DNA from: Leucoraja erinacea | Taxonomy: Eukaryota | Direction of reading: 5' to 3' | NCBI RefSeq assembly: GCF_028641065.1 | Contig: NC_073399.1 | Location: 20,336,001 to 20,400,000, forward strand | Length of the DNA stretch: 64,000 bases | In this document: positions 23,892 to 35,100 of the stretch, piece by piece | Position numbering within the stretch: the stretch's first letter is position 1 | How the letters are laid out: each line of letters starts with the position of its first letter | Program-made: the position numbers and the translations under genes | Notes under the pieces: generated by a model | Told to the model about the DNA's origin: nothing | Seen by the model: only the letters and a program-made list of their open reading frames with translations | Databases searched by the model: none

Positions 23892-25139
23892 TCAAAAACA
23901 ACCATCCCAGAACAAAGGGCAGCTGGATTTTCAGTCTGTACCAATATTTGGAAGTTGTCACATGCTTTAGTTTAGTTTTTTTAGTTTTGTTTAGTGATAC
24001 AGCGCAGAAACAGGCCTTTCGGCCCACCGAGTCCACGTCAATCAGCGATCCCCGTACACTAGCACTATCCTACACACTATGGACAATTTACAGAAGCAAC
24101 TTAACCTGCAAACCTTTCATTTTTTTGGAGTGTGGGAGGAAACTGGAGCACCCGACAAAAACCCACATATGGTTATTTTTTTGGAGTGTGGGGGGAAACG
24201 GGGAGAACGTACAACCTCCTTAGATATAGCAACAGGCAGCAACTTTACTGCTGCACTACCGTGCTGTCCATACAAGAACAGGCAATGGTCTGGGAAGTCC
24301 TCTGGGACTGTTAAGAGAATAAAAGAATATGTTGAGAATATATTAAGATGGTGCAGTTAAGAGAAGTCTGAGAATGTATAAAGATGAATAATTCCCTAGG
24401 CACGATGAGGTCCATTGCAGAATGCTATGGGATAAAAGGGAAGAGATTGCCCTGCTCCAAAACATAAGCAAATTAGTTAGAAAGGACTTTGAGCCCCGAT
24501 CTTTGCATCTCTGTTAGCCACAGGCATGTATCAAGAAGACTGGAGGATAGCTTATGATATACTTTTATTTAAGAACAGCAAGGATGTCAGGTAATGAAAG
24601 GCCAGTGATCCTTACTTCAATGGTAGGGAAATTACTGGAGAACATTTTAAGGGATAAGATTTATGTACATTTGGAAAGCCAGGGACTGATTAAGAGAGTT
24701 AGCATGACTTTGTAAGTGAGAGGTCCTTTCTCACTAATTTGCTTACGTTTTTGAGGCGGTTACCAAGGAGATTGATGAAGGAAGCAAAGTTGATATTTGA
24801 CAAGGTTCCACACGGTAGGCTGGACTAGGCGTTTAAGGCACATGCAATTCGTGGTGAGCTGGTGGAGTGAGGCGGAGGAAAGTAGTGGAATATTTTTTTC
24901 TGATTGCAGGTCTGTGGCCAGTGGGGAACTGCAGAGATGGTTGCTAGGACTTTTGCTGTTTGATTAATAGAGGTCAGCATGGCTTTGTGCAAGGGGAAAT
25001 CCTGTCTCACCAATTTGATCGAATTATTTTATTGTGACTTGACTGCGAATGCAGGAGGAATTGTTAGTAAGTTTATGGATGACATGAAAGTTGCTGGTAT
25101 TGTGAACAGTGAGGCTGGTTGTCAAAGTCTGTAGCAGAA

Positions 25140-25720
25140 TACGATAAACTTTATTCATCTCCGGAGGGAAATTGGTCTACCAACAGTAACAACACACAAG
25201 GTACACAAAAACTTGAAATTAAAAGTGAAAAAAAGAAAAGGACAGGCGACTGTTGGCTGGCTGCCGTGTGCACAACGACTAAACCGGAACGAACGAACAA
25301 ACAAACAAATGAACGTTGACTTATCCCCTGGGCTGAGGATTCCAAAACTACAGTGCCTCTCCCCCCACCGGGTCCCCCGTTGTTCTCCCACTGTCCCTCA
25401 CGGTGGTCCCCCCATGCCGGGGCCTCCATTGTCCTTCATGCTGGCCCCCCATGTTGGGTCCCCATTGTCTCCCCCCCCACCCCCCTCATGCTCCACCACC
25501 ACCGAGGTTCCCGCCGCCGCTTCAGCTCCGTTGCCGCCTCGACTCGCATTACCATCGAGGCTCCTTCGGCCCAGATAGGCCTCGCCGCTCGGCTTCTCCG
25601 CAGTTCCCTGGGAGGCATGTGGGCGAGTCCGGGGCGCATTCCAGTCGTCGGTTGTCACCGCAGGTGTTTGGCGGGTGGATCTGGCCCACGCGGCTCTCTC
25701 CGGGACACTCCCGTTACGCG
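25140..25720 (-). mobile_element. Non-autonomous retroposon with Rex-type LINE tail
   Basis: Shares 'GCAGCCAGCCAACAGTCGCC...TTTTAATTTCAAG...GACCAATTTCCCTCCGG.GATGAATAAAGTTTATCGTAT' with copies at ~1890-2137(+) and ~46693-46960(-). Confidence 0.7.
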
Positions 25721-25784
25721 CGCAGCTCCCCGAGATTTGTTAGATCACGTAAAGCTGAAGTTACACAGCACCTGCTTTCCTTAC

Positions 25785-25844
25785 CTTTGTTGACGTTCTG
25801 TCCCCCAGGCCCACTGCTCCGACTGTACGTCACTGTGAGACGGT
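25785..25844 (-). CDS. MRPL58: MRPL58 coding exon 3 (GGQ motif)
   Basis: cag|AC CGT...AAC AAA G|gtaag = (D)RLTVTYSRSSGPGGQNVNK, the class-I release factor GGQ motif. 60 nt. Confidence 0.96.
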
Positions 25845-27949
25845 CTGAGGACAGCACAACACAGCAATCACAACTCTTGCTACAAACCAACTGCAAACAC
25901 ATCTGACAATAGCTCTGCTTACAATCGCACTCTACTGACTTTGTTTTCCAGATGTTGCATTGCCAGCAAAACTAACATTAATTGTTCACCTTAACCTGCC
26001 CTGGGGAAGGTGGTGGTAGCACCCACTGCAGTCCTCGATAATAAATAGTCAGATTATTTTTGCCAGGGTGGAAATGTCAAAAATGAGAGGGCATAGCTTT
26101 AAGGCTTAGTTTAGTTTAGAGATACAACAATGAAACTGGCCCATCAGCCCACTAAATATAAGACTCAGTGCTGTAGTACCTCAGTGGGTCAGACAGCATC
26201 TCTGGAGAAAAAGGATGGGTGATGCTTTGGGTCGGAACCCTTCTACACACAGGAACAATGTGTGATAGTAGCATCAGCGGATGGTCCAGTTAACACACAC
26301 AGGCCATGAACCAGAGGCCCTGAATCCAGACACACAGCTGCGGCTATATCTTTTTCTACATTGTCCTGTTAGAATCTTGTCCTTTTCAATATAGTCACTA
26401 ATTGTTTTTCTAAACTCCACACATGGGAGATGCCACCTATGTTCTACTCACTCCACCACGAAACATAACTCTCTGTTTCTCGTTCCACAAATGCTAGCCA
26501 AAAGTCTGAATGTTTCCAGCAGTGAATGTTGTTAACTATCAATGATTTGCTTATAAAAATGCATAGCTCCTGAAATAAATATTTTTTCAATCTCTCATTT
26601 CGAAAATACTATGGACCTTGAACATACAAGCCTCTAACGAGTGGCGAGGTATCTAACCAGGGAAGCATTGAGAGGTGGTGGAATTTGCCACCATGGAGGT
26701 AGCAGTGGTGGGGGCAGGCTGGGATAGAAAGGAGAAGATAAAGATCAACTGGGGAAAAAAAGTTAGAACAAATGAAACGAGAGGTGGATCATAGAAATAT
26801 ACTCTAGCACAAGGATGAACATTGATGTATTTGACAGGATTCAGAACAATCCATTATTTGATCCACTATACTAATGCAGACACAGCTCAGGTAGAGTCCT
26901 GCTGATCCTGGAAGCATTCCTCAGGACTTGACTATACCTTTCTAACTTGGCATCAACACCTGGTGCTGAACACTGCTTAAAGATGAAACTTCCCCTAACA
27001 TCATCCCAAAATTTTACTGTTACAGTTTCCAACTGTTGGCTCCCGATTTAACATTTCATTAATTTATACAACTCTCTAATATATTCTGCCTTGGACTCAA
27101 CAGTACAACACAATTATATTTTCATATTTCCTTATGACACATCAAGTCTGTGCCAGCTCACAGCCCATGTCAGGTTGAGGTTGTCATGTGAGGTTGTAAG
27201 GAATTAGTGTTGTACTTTAAGAGAGGAACACCCCTGTCCCCTGTCTCCATCAATGGTGCAGATGTGCAGTTTACCAGGGAGTACAAATACCTTGGGGTGC
27301 ACCTGGACAGTAATCTGGACTGGTCCAGGAACATTGAGGCCCTGTACAAGAAGGGGCAGATCCAGCTGTACTTTTTGAGCAAGCTGCACTCTTTCAACGT
27401 CTGCAGTAAGATGCTGCAGATGTTCTACCAATCGGTGGTAGCCAGTGCCATCTTCTTCGCTGTCATGTGCTGGGGCAGCAGGGCGAAGGCTGCGGACACC
27501 AATAGGATTAACAAACTCATCAGGAAGGCTGGCTCATGGATTCATGGGAGGCGGTCATGGAGGGGAGGATGCTTCTCAAACTGCAGAGCATCTTGGACAA
27601 TACAGCTCACCCCCTTCATGACACTCTGGTCAACCTGAGGAGTACCTTCACTAACAGACTGGTTCCACCAAGATGCAGTACAGAACGTCACAGGAGATCC
27701 TTCTTCCCAATTGCTATCAAACTGTCCAACTCCTCTCCCTTCCGTCATGGGGTAGACCGACTCCCCTCCCCCATATTTGCACACCCCCAATCATTTTGAC
27801 TCGTCACTTCAATTTCATGTTTCATATATTTTGTGTTTTATGACTGGCAGCAGATCAATTTCCCGCCTGCGATAAATAAAGTTCTATTGTATCGTATGCA
27901 CAATTACAGTGAAGGGCAGGTAGAATAAAATTCACACAGGCGTACATAC

Positions 27950-27992
27950 CAATGGGGATATCTATGTTACTTGGATTTGACGATGGTTCATC
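27950..27992 (-). CDS. MRPL58: MRPL58 coding exon 2 (43-nt small exon, not in ORF track)
   Basis: tttggacag|GAT GAA CCA TCG TCA AAT CCA AGT AAC ATA GAT ATC CCC ATT G|gtatgt = DEPSSNPSNIDIPI+G. It restores the conserved 'DIP(L/I)DRL' and joins exon 1 (phase 0) to exon 3 (phase 1). Confidence 0.85.
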
Positions 27993-28689
27993 CTGTCCAA
28001 ATAAAACAAAGACACAGTTAGCCAATGAGGAGCGCCATGACCCATGGTATCAGTGTATCGCAAAATGCACTTGATTAGTCAACACAAAGCAGAGACACAA
28101 AGTGCTAAGTAACTCAACATGTCAGGCTGCATCTCTGGAGAACATGGATAGGTGGCGTTTCGGGTCAGGATCCATCTTCACTCTGAAAATGTCTCCAGCA
28201 CTTTGTGTCTTCTTTTGTAAACCCGCATCTGCGCTTCCTTGTGTCTGCAAAGCAGAAATAAACCATCCGACTGCATTTACCTACTGTCATCGTCCCATCT
28301 GAATACGTGCTCAGCAACAAGTGGGAAGGTCTGATGAGAGCTGAGGGGAAACCTTTCAGAGTGGTTGAAACTTTTGAAAGCAATGACTGGAGATTGGTGC
28401 AGGCACGTCCTGACAGCATTTAAAAAGCCTCTGGATGAGCCCTTAGATGGCCATGGTATGGAAGGCAATGGACCACATGTTAGTAAATGGGATTGGCAAG
28501 ACTAAGATATATCGGTTTGAGATATACACAAAATGCTGGAGTAACTCGTTGGGACAGGCAGCATCTCTGGATAGAAGGAATAAGTGATGTTTTGGGTCAA
28601 TAGACAATAGGTGCACGGCCATTCAATGTGATCATGGCTGATCATTCACAATCAGTACCCCATTAGTCGATGAGGAGTACCCCAACAAT

Positions 28690-29240
28690 ACCCTGTTGAC
28701 ACTCTTCTTCAGACTGTCAGAGGAGAGGGAGACTGAGATATGGAAGGGTAAGTTGTGAAAACGAGACATCAAAGGGGACAAAGTTCAAGGAAAATGTAAA
28801 ATAGATCATCGTTAGCTAGGGGAAGCATACAAATATAACATTTAATCAGGAGGACAGGCAGACTGGTCAGAGAACTAGGATGGAGAGGGATGGAGAGAGA
28901 GGGAAAGCAAGAGTTACTTGAAGTTAGAGATGTCAATATTCATACCGCTGGGTTGTAAGCTGCCCAAGCAAAATCTGAGGTGCTGTTCTTCCATTTTGCT
29001 TTGGGCCTCACTCTGATAGTGGAGGAGGCCCATGGCAGGCAGATGATCAGTATGGAAATGGGAGGGGAGTTAAAGAACTGGGAGATCATGTAGGTTTAGG
29101 TGGACTGAGCAGAGGTGTTCAGCAAAATGATCGCCGAGCTTGGTCTCGCTGATATATAGGAGTCTACACCTGGAACAGTGGATACAGTGCAGATGGTTGA
29201 AAGGGGTGCAAGTGAACCGGTCCTTTGACGGAGTTGAGGG
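28690..29240 (-). mobile_element. Penelope-like element 3' fragment (GIY-YIG)
   Basis: ORF 29070-29309 reads DRFTCTPFNHLHCIHCSRCRLLYISETKLGDHFAEHL, with 'LGSLQPSGMNIDISNFK' downstream. Related fragments lie at ~19830-20200, ~31320-31400 and ~55850-56130. Confidence 0.8.
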
Positions 29241-29294
29241 AGGATGTTTGAGATCCTGCATCAGGAAGGAAGAAGAGATTGGCAGCAAATGGCA

Positions 29295-30674
29295 ATAGGG
29301 TGATTTCACTAAAGGTCACTGGAGCGTGGATCCGCACCCACGTGACCAAAATTCTCAGGTGGAGGACATGCTATCCATCCGGTACATGTTAGTGGATGGG
29401 AAAAATCGCATTTTCCCACCCGTTAAAAACATAGAAAACGGCGAGGTTGAGAGCTGCAATTTACTGTGCCAGTCGGGGTGACTGTGAGGCACAGCTACCT
29501 AGATTTACAGGGAAAAAAAAAGATAGCAAGTAAGGTAAATTCAAGAGGGAACTGAAGGTGCCTATCCACCGGAAGTCAGGAGCCGACAATTGCCGAGGAT
29601 ATTTAAAGGTCCAAAATATCGGGAAATATCGCGTTTTCCCGCTGAATTTCATCAAAAGTAAGGCATTATATACTTTTTTATCTTTATTCATTTGTTAGAT
29701 GAGAATTTTTAAAAGTGAAAAATCACTCAGTAAAAGTTCAAAATCGGCCATGGTTCTCAGGTTGGTTTTAACATGCAAAATCAAAACGCCTCTGAAGCTG
29801 CATTTACCATTTAAATAATGATAAACTATCAATGCATTTTTAAATAAATTTCACTCAGATGCAAGCTAAGGAATGTGATAATTATCAGCTGTCAGTTGGA
29901 CAAAATTAGGACATTTTATTATTTGCCAAAATATATTTCTCAATGTTTCTTGTTTAAAGCCTGCACATTCACCCAAACAACTTATGTATTAATTGGGTGA
30001 ATGTGCAGGCTTTAAACAAGAAACATTGAGAAATATATTTTGGCAAATAATAAAATGTCCTAATTTTGTCCAACTGACAGCTGATAATTATCACATTCCT
30101 TAGCTTGCATCTGAGTGAAATTTATTTAAAAATGCATTGATAGTTTATCATTATTTAAATGGTAAATGCAGCTTCAGAGGCGTTTTGATTTTGCATGTTA
30201 AAACCAACCTGAGAACCATGGCCGATTTTGAACTTTTACTGAGTGATTTTTCACTTTTAAAAATTCTCATCTAACAAATGAATAAAGATAAAAAAGTATA
30301 TAATGCCTTACTTTTGATGAAATTCAGCGGGAAAACGCGATATTTCCCGATATTTTGGACCTTTAAATATCCTCGGCAATTGTCGGCTCCTGACTTCCGG
30401 TGGATAGGCACCTTCAGTTCCCTCTTGAATTTACCTTACTTGCTATCTTTTTTTTCCCCTGTAAATCTAGGTAGCTGTGCCTCACAGTCACCCCGACTGG
30501 CACAGTAAATTGCAGCTCTCAACCTCGCCGTTTTCTATGTTTTTAACGGGTGGGAAAATGCGATTTTTCCCATCCACTAACATGTACCGGATGGATAGCA
30601 TGTCCTCCACCTGAGAATTTTGGTCACGTGGGTGCGGATCCACGCTCCAGTGACCTTTAGTGAAATCACCCTAT
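29295..30674. mobile_element. Foldback/palindromic DNA element (two 682-bp arms, 16-nt spacer)
   Basis: Arm 29295-29976 is the reverse complement of arm 29993-30674, with spacer ACAACTTATGTATTAA. Termini (A)TAGGGTGATTTCAC...GTGAAATCACCCTA(T). Mirror ORFs 29461-29691(-) and 30278-30508(+) differ by one residue. Confidence 0.9.
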
Positions 30675-30785
30675 AAGAGGGAAAGAATAGATGTTGGTGG
30701 GTGATAGGTGGAGCCAGATATGGAGAGGATAATGGGCAGATGGAACCAGCTGGAGAAGGGGGAGGGAAAAGTAAACAAGGGAGAA

Positions 30786-31300
30786 GTTCAAGTTCAAGTG
30801 AGTTTATTGTCATGTGTCCCTGTATAGGACAATGAAATTCTTGCTTTGCTTCAGCACACAGAACATAGTAGGCATTTACTACAAAACAGATAAGTGTGTC
30901 CATATACCATGATATAAATATATACACACATGAATAAATAAACTGATAAAGTGCAAATAACAGAAAATGGTTATTAATAATTAGAGTTTTGCCCGAGCCA
31001 GGTTTGATGGCTGTGGGGAAGTAGCTATTCCTGAACCTAGTTGTTGCAGTCTTCAGGCTCCTGTGCCTTCTACCTGCAGGTAGCAGGGAGATGAATGTGT
31101 GGCCAGGATGGTGTGGGTCTTTGATGATACTGCCAGCCTTTTTGAGGCAGCGACTGCGATAAATCCCCTCAATGGAAGGAAGGTCAGAGCCGATGATGGA
31201 CTGGGCAGTGTTTACTACTTTTTGTAGTCTTTTCCTCTCCAGGGCGCTCAAATTGCCGAACCAAGCCACGATGCAACCGGTCAGCGTGCTCTCTACTGTG
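30786..31300 (-). mobile_element. Rex1/Babar-like LINE 3' fragment (MRPL58 intron 1)
   Basis: AWFGNLSALERKRLQKVVNTAQSIIG...KDPHHPGH...TTRFRNSYFPTAI plus an AATAAA(CTTGAA)n tail. Similar fragments lie at 27170-27900(+) and 47680-48200(+). Confidence 0.8.
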
Positions 31301-31622
31301 CAGAAGAAATATTGGTGCTATATCTAAAATTGGTGAATTCAATGTTCATGCCATTGGGTTGTGGATCATCCAGGTTGAATACAATGTGTTGTTCTTCCAG
31401 TTGGTGTGGGGGGGAGGGTCCGACGGAGACGAGCGGAGGTGGACTGGTGACAGGAACGGTTGGGTCTGGTGGGAATGGGGACCTGAGGGTTGTGATGAGG
31501 ACAGGATGTTCTTACGGTGACATGGGTGTGTCCCCGCCAGTGCTCCCAAGCGGTGCATCCCGGTGAACCATTTTATGGCACCCCCTTCACCTTCACCCCC
31601 ACCGGTCCCCAGCAGTGCAAAC

Positions 31623-31769
31623 CTGGTCCTGGCTGCGGGTTGTGCCTCCGCTGTCCGGGTACAGCCGGTCCAGGCTGTAGACGCTGCGGTATTGCCGCCG
31701 CAGGAGCGCGGTCACAAGGCGTAGATCACCGACCGCAGCCCCCAGTAACCGGAATCCGCGCTGCATCAT
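31623..31769 (-). CDS. MRPL58: MRPL58/ICT1 (mitochondrial peptidyl-tRNA hydrolase, mL62) coding exon 1
   Basis: MMQRGFRLLGAAVGDLRLVTALLRRQYRSVYSLDRLYPDSGGTTRSQDQ matches the ICT1 'FKSIYSLDKLYPES' motif. The Arg-rich N-terminus resembles a presequence. 147 nt, GT donor, phase 0. The start could be either of two adjacent ATGs. Confidence 0.88.
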
Positions 31770-31779
31770 GACTCCCGCA

Positions 31780-32130
31780 CCGGGCCGCACGACCTCCACA
31801 AAATGGCCGTTACCAAAGATGCTTGACCGTTACGGCCGCACGACCTCCACAAAATGGCGCCTGTACGGCCGAGCGACCTCCACAACATGGCGCCCGACGT
31901 CCTTCAAAACATGGCGCACGAATCAAAATGGCATCGGCTCCGGCCAAAATAATTCACGACAGGGCGTTCTGCACAACATGGTCCGGCCGATAACCTCTAT
32001 AATCATGGCGGCCTACACAACACGACGCTTGCCCCGGACCGATTGTTCTTCACAACACGGTATACACCCCAAGAGCCTTTCACATTATTGCGCTGCCCCT
32101 GTCCCAGATGTCCTTCACAACATGGCGTTC
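31780..32130. promoter_or_regulatory. MRPL58 CpG-rich promoter with clustered YY1-like motifs
   Basis: CpG-rich sequence directly upstream of exon 1, with about 8 copies of AA(A/C)ATGG(CG) and a 3x direct repeat GGCCG..CGACCTCCACAA(A/C)ATGGC. Confidence 0.6.
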
Positions 32131-35100
32131 GGCTTTACTTCTGCCTGTATAGCAGCATTCGGAGTTTTACTTTGGATCAGGGTGGTCCGTTAGCCCGAGG
32201 GCATCACTTATTGGGAAATATTCAGGATTGTGGGTATTTTGTTCATTTAAATGTTATCATTGGCCCCGGCGTACCCTCTTTTTGACACTTGTCATTGTCC
32301 ACAGCGAGCCCTGTCTTTGGACATTCAATCACAGCCATGTCAACGACGGTGGGACAATACGGTTCTTCATAGAGTCCCCACTAGAGACGTCAATTATTCC
32401 ATGTTCTCCAGTGATGCTGCCTGACCTGCTGAGTTATTCCAGTTGTGCAAGCAATTACCCGGCCAACATGGACTGGCTTTGCGACAGTCATGCACAAGTA
32501 AACGCGTGCTGGGGCATCTAAAAAAATCGTTTTCTCACACCCCCAGTGTCCACGAGGGTCTTCAGTCTGAAAAGTTAACTTTATTTCTTTCCCCACAGAC
32601 GCTGCTTGACCAGCTAAGTGTTTTGGCAACGGTTCCGCCAAGGCTCTGTAAGGAAAAAGCAAAGATCATAGAGCTCTTTGGGGAAAAAAGGACAGCAATC
32701 CAGGGCAAAGATACTAGAGTAGTATCTTTGATCTAGGGTCCTTCCGCTGCTGGATATTGAGGGGCAGAGTCGGTGGAGGCATCCCATTGGGTGAGTTTTC
32801 AAAGTGTAACTGACGGATTTACAGGCTACTTCTCCGAACACATAGGGAAACAGGCATTAGGTACTGTACCCAATGAAAGTTAGATATCTGCTCCCTTCCA
32901 AAATTCTAAGGGGACCTACACATACGCTCCCCATCTCACGGAACCTTCCTGCAGAGCACTGACTAAGTCTGCAGGAATGACCCCAAGGTTCCAGAACCAT
33001 ATCACTTTATTTCCCATCGCTCACACGTTGTGACTGTTTGTCTCAATTTGGGGGGTTTCTGTCTAAAAGATAGTTTCTAAAGTAACTGTTACCTCTACAA
33101 ATTCGGGCTATCCAAATCAAACATTTCTTTCTGCTCTCTACAACTTAAAACTTGCTTGTGATCTGACTCGCTCTGATGAAGGATCTTAGACCTGAAGCCA
33201 TTCAGCACCTCTTTTGTGATGCTGCCTGACCTGTGGATACTTCCTGTTCCCTTCGTTTTATTCTGGTGATAAAACCCAGAACATGCAACTGCAATTGTCG
33301 AGTACCTCTAGGTAAGGACGGCATGCTCCTGCATTGTTATATTTAAAATCACCGATGCAATTGTATTCAAATCAGCTTCTTCAGCATCACATTTCAAGGT
33401 CATAAGAAACAGTTCTAGTAACTTAATCAGTGCTGCAATAGCAAATTGGTGCGATTGGACCAATTCTGAAGGAACCTCACCATCTCCTGTGATGAGACTC
33501 TGGGATGGTGCAGCACCTAGCACTTTTCTTATGTGATCCTTCAGTATCAAGGTGACTTGCTTCCACTTTAAGAAGAGGCAGCATGATCGAGCAACAAGTA
33601 GAGCTGCTGCCTCAGCTCATGATCCAGGTTCAATCCAGTGCTGCTTGGTGAATTTGCACATTCTTCCCAAGATCACGTGGGTTTCCTGGAAGTGCTTGCT
33701 TCCTTCCACATCTAAAAGATATGCTGTTTGGCCATTAATTGCATCTTGGCTTGCAGGTGAGTGTCAAATGAACCAACCTTGGGGGCATACGAGAAAGAAA
33801 TTGTTGCAGGGCCACAGCAAAATGGCAGGGACTGATTGCATTGATAGCATGCATCCAATGGACTGAATGGTCTTGTGTGTTACAGTTAAACAGGTAATCT
33901 GGAAATAGGGGTGGAGTAAAGGCACAAGAGAGGAAACATATTAGCTGGAAAAAAAACAGAAGTTGTTTTGGATGAGCTCAATATTAAGAGGGGCAGAAAG
34001 CATTGGAGGGATAAGTTCTTAGCCCGTTTCAGATGGTGATCCAGACACACAGGACCCATCAAGAAATTAGAGGTGCACACAACTCAGAACATAATGTACA
34101 TATTGAACAGGAAAGCAAACTGAGCAGTAATAATAATGAGTAAAATTCATGGTGTTTATGAGAGATTGTTTACCAAACCAGTACATCAAGGGACCAGACT
34201 ATTTTAGACTTAATATTCAGAAATAATTAATCTAGTCGGTAAAAGGGATTGCAGGAAAAAGCTATCATAATATGACAAACTCAAGTTATTTAGTTCATTC
34301 TGAACCTGGGCATTGAATGCAAAATAAAATGATCCACGAAGGCATGATTATGTTAGGCTGGGAAACTACTTGAAAATTACAACAGTGGATAAACTATAGT
34401 GAATATCTGAAGTATAGTTTACAAATAATGTATTTCCTTTTCAATGGGAAAATGAGAAATATCATCTAGCTATGAGCATCAAAATATATGAGACTGTTTT
34501 AAATAAGGCTAATGTTGTTTCCAAAATGCAGGAAGTCCTGCATTATAATTATGTAGGTAAAAGATTAGTTAAAATTAATGTGGATAAGAGATGAGGAAAG
34601 AGCAGAGAGAAAATATTTTGTCTGTCTTCACAGAAGGTGCCAAACTTGGATATATTGGTGAAAAGCATGTATACAATGAATGAGGATCCGAATTAGCTTT
34701 AGTAAAAATATTAAGATTAATAAATAAATACTGATCCTGACTTACCACCAATTTAAGAGAAAGAAAAAATAATGGGAAATACAGCCTAGTTCTGGACATT
34801 AGAAAGTAAAATTCTAGAATTTGTGACTAAGGAAGTCATGTGAACCATGAGATAATCTTAATGAGATACGTCTTAACGGGTCATAAGTAACAGAAGTGGA
34901 ATTAGGTCATTCAGCCCATTGTCTACTCCGCCATTCAATCATGGCTGATCTATCTCTCCCCCTAACCCTATTTCCTGCCTACTCTCCATAACCTCTAACA
35001 CCTGTACTAATCAAGAATCTATCTATCTCTGCCTTGAAAATATCCACTGACTTGGCCACCCTCTGACTAAATAAATTTCTTCTCATCTCCTTCCTAAAAG

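Noticed and set aside
29461-30508. Pair of near-identical 76-aa ORFs on opposite strands
   Set aside because: They are a direct consequence of the palindrome and have no recognisable protein motif.
30577-31269. 230-aa ORF on the minus strand
   Set aside because: It is a chance fusion of a LINE RT C-terminus, LINE tail, purine-rich flank and palindrome arm, not a gene.
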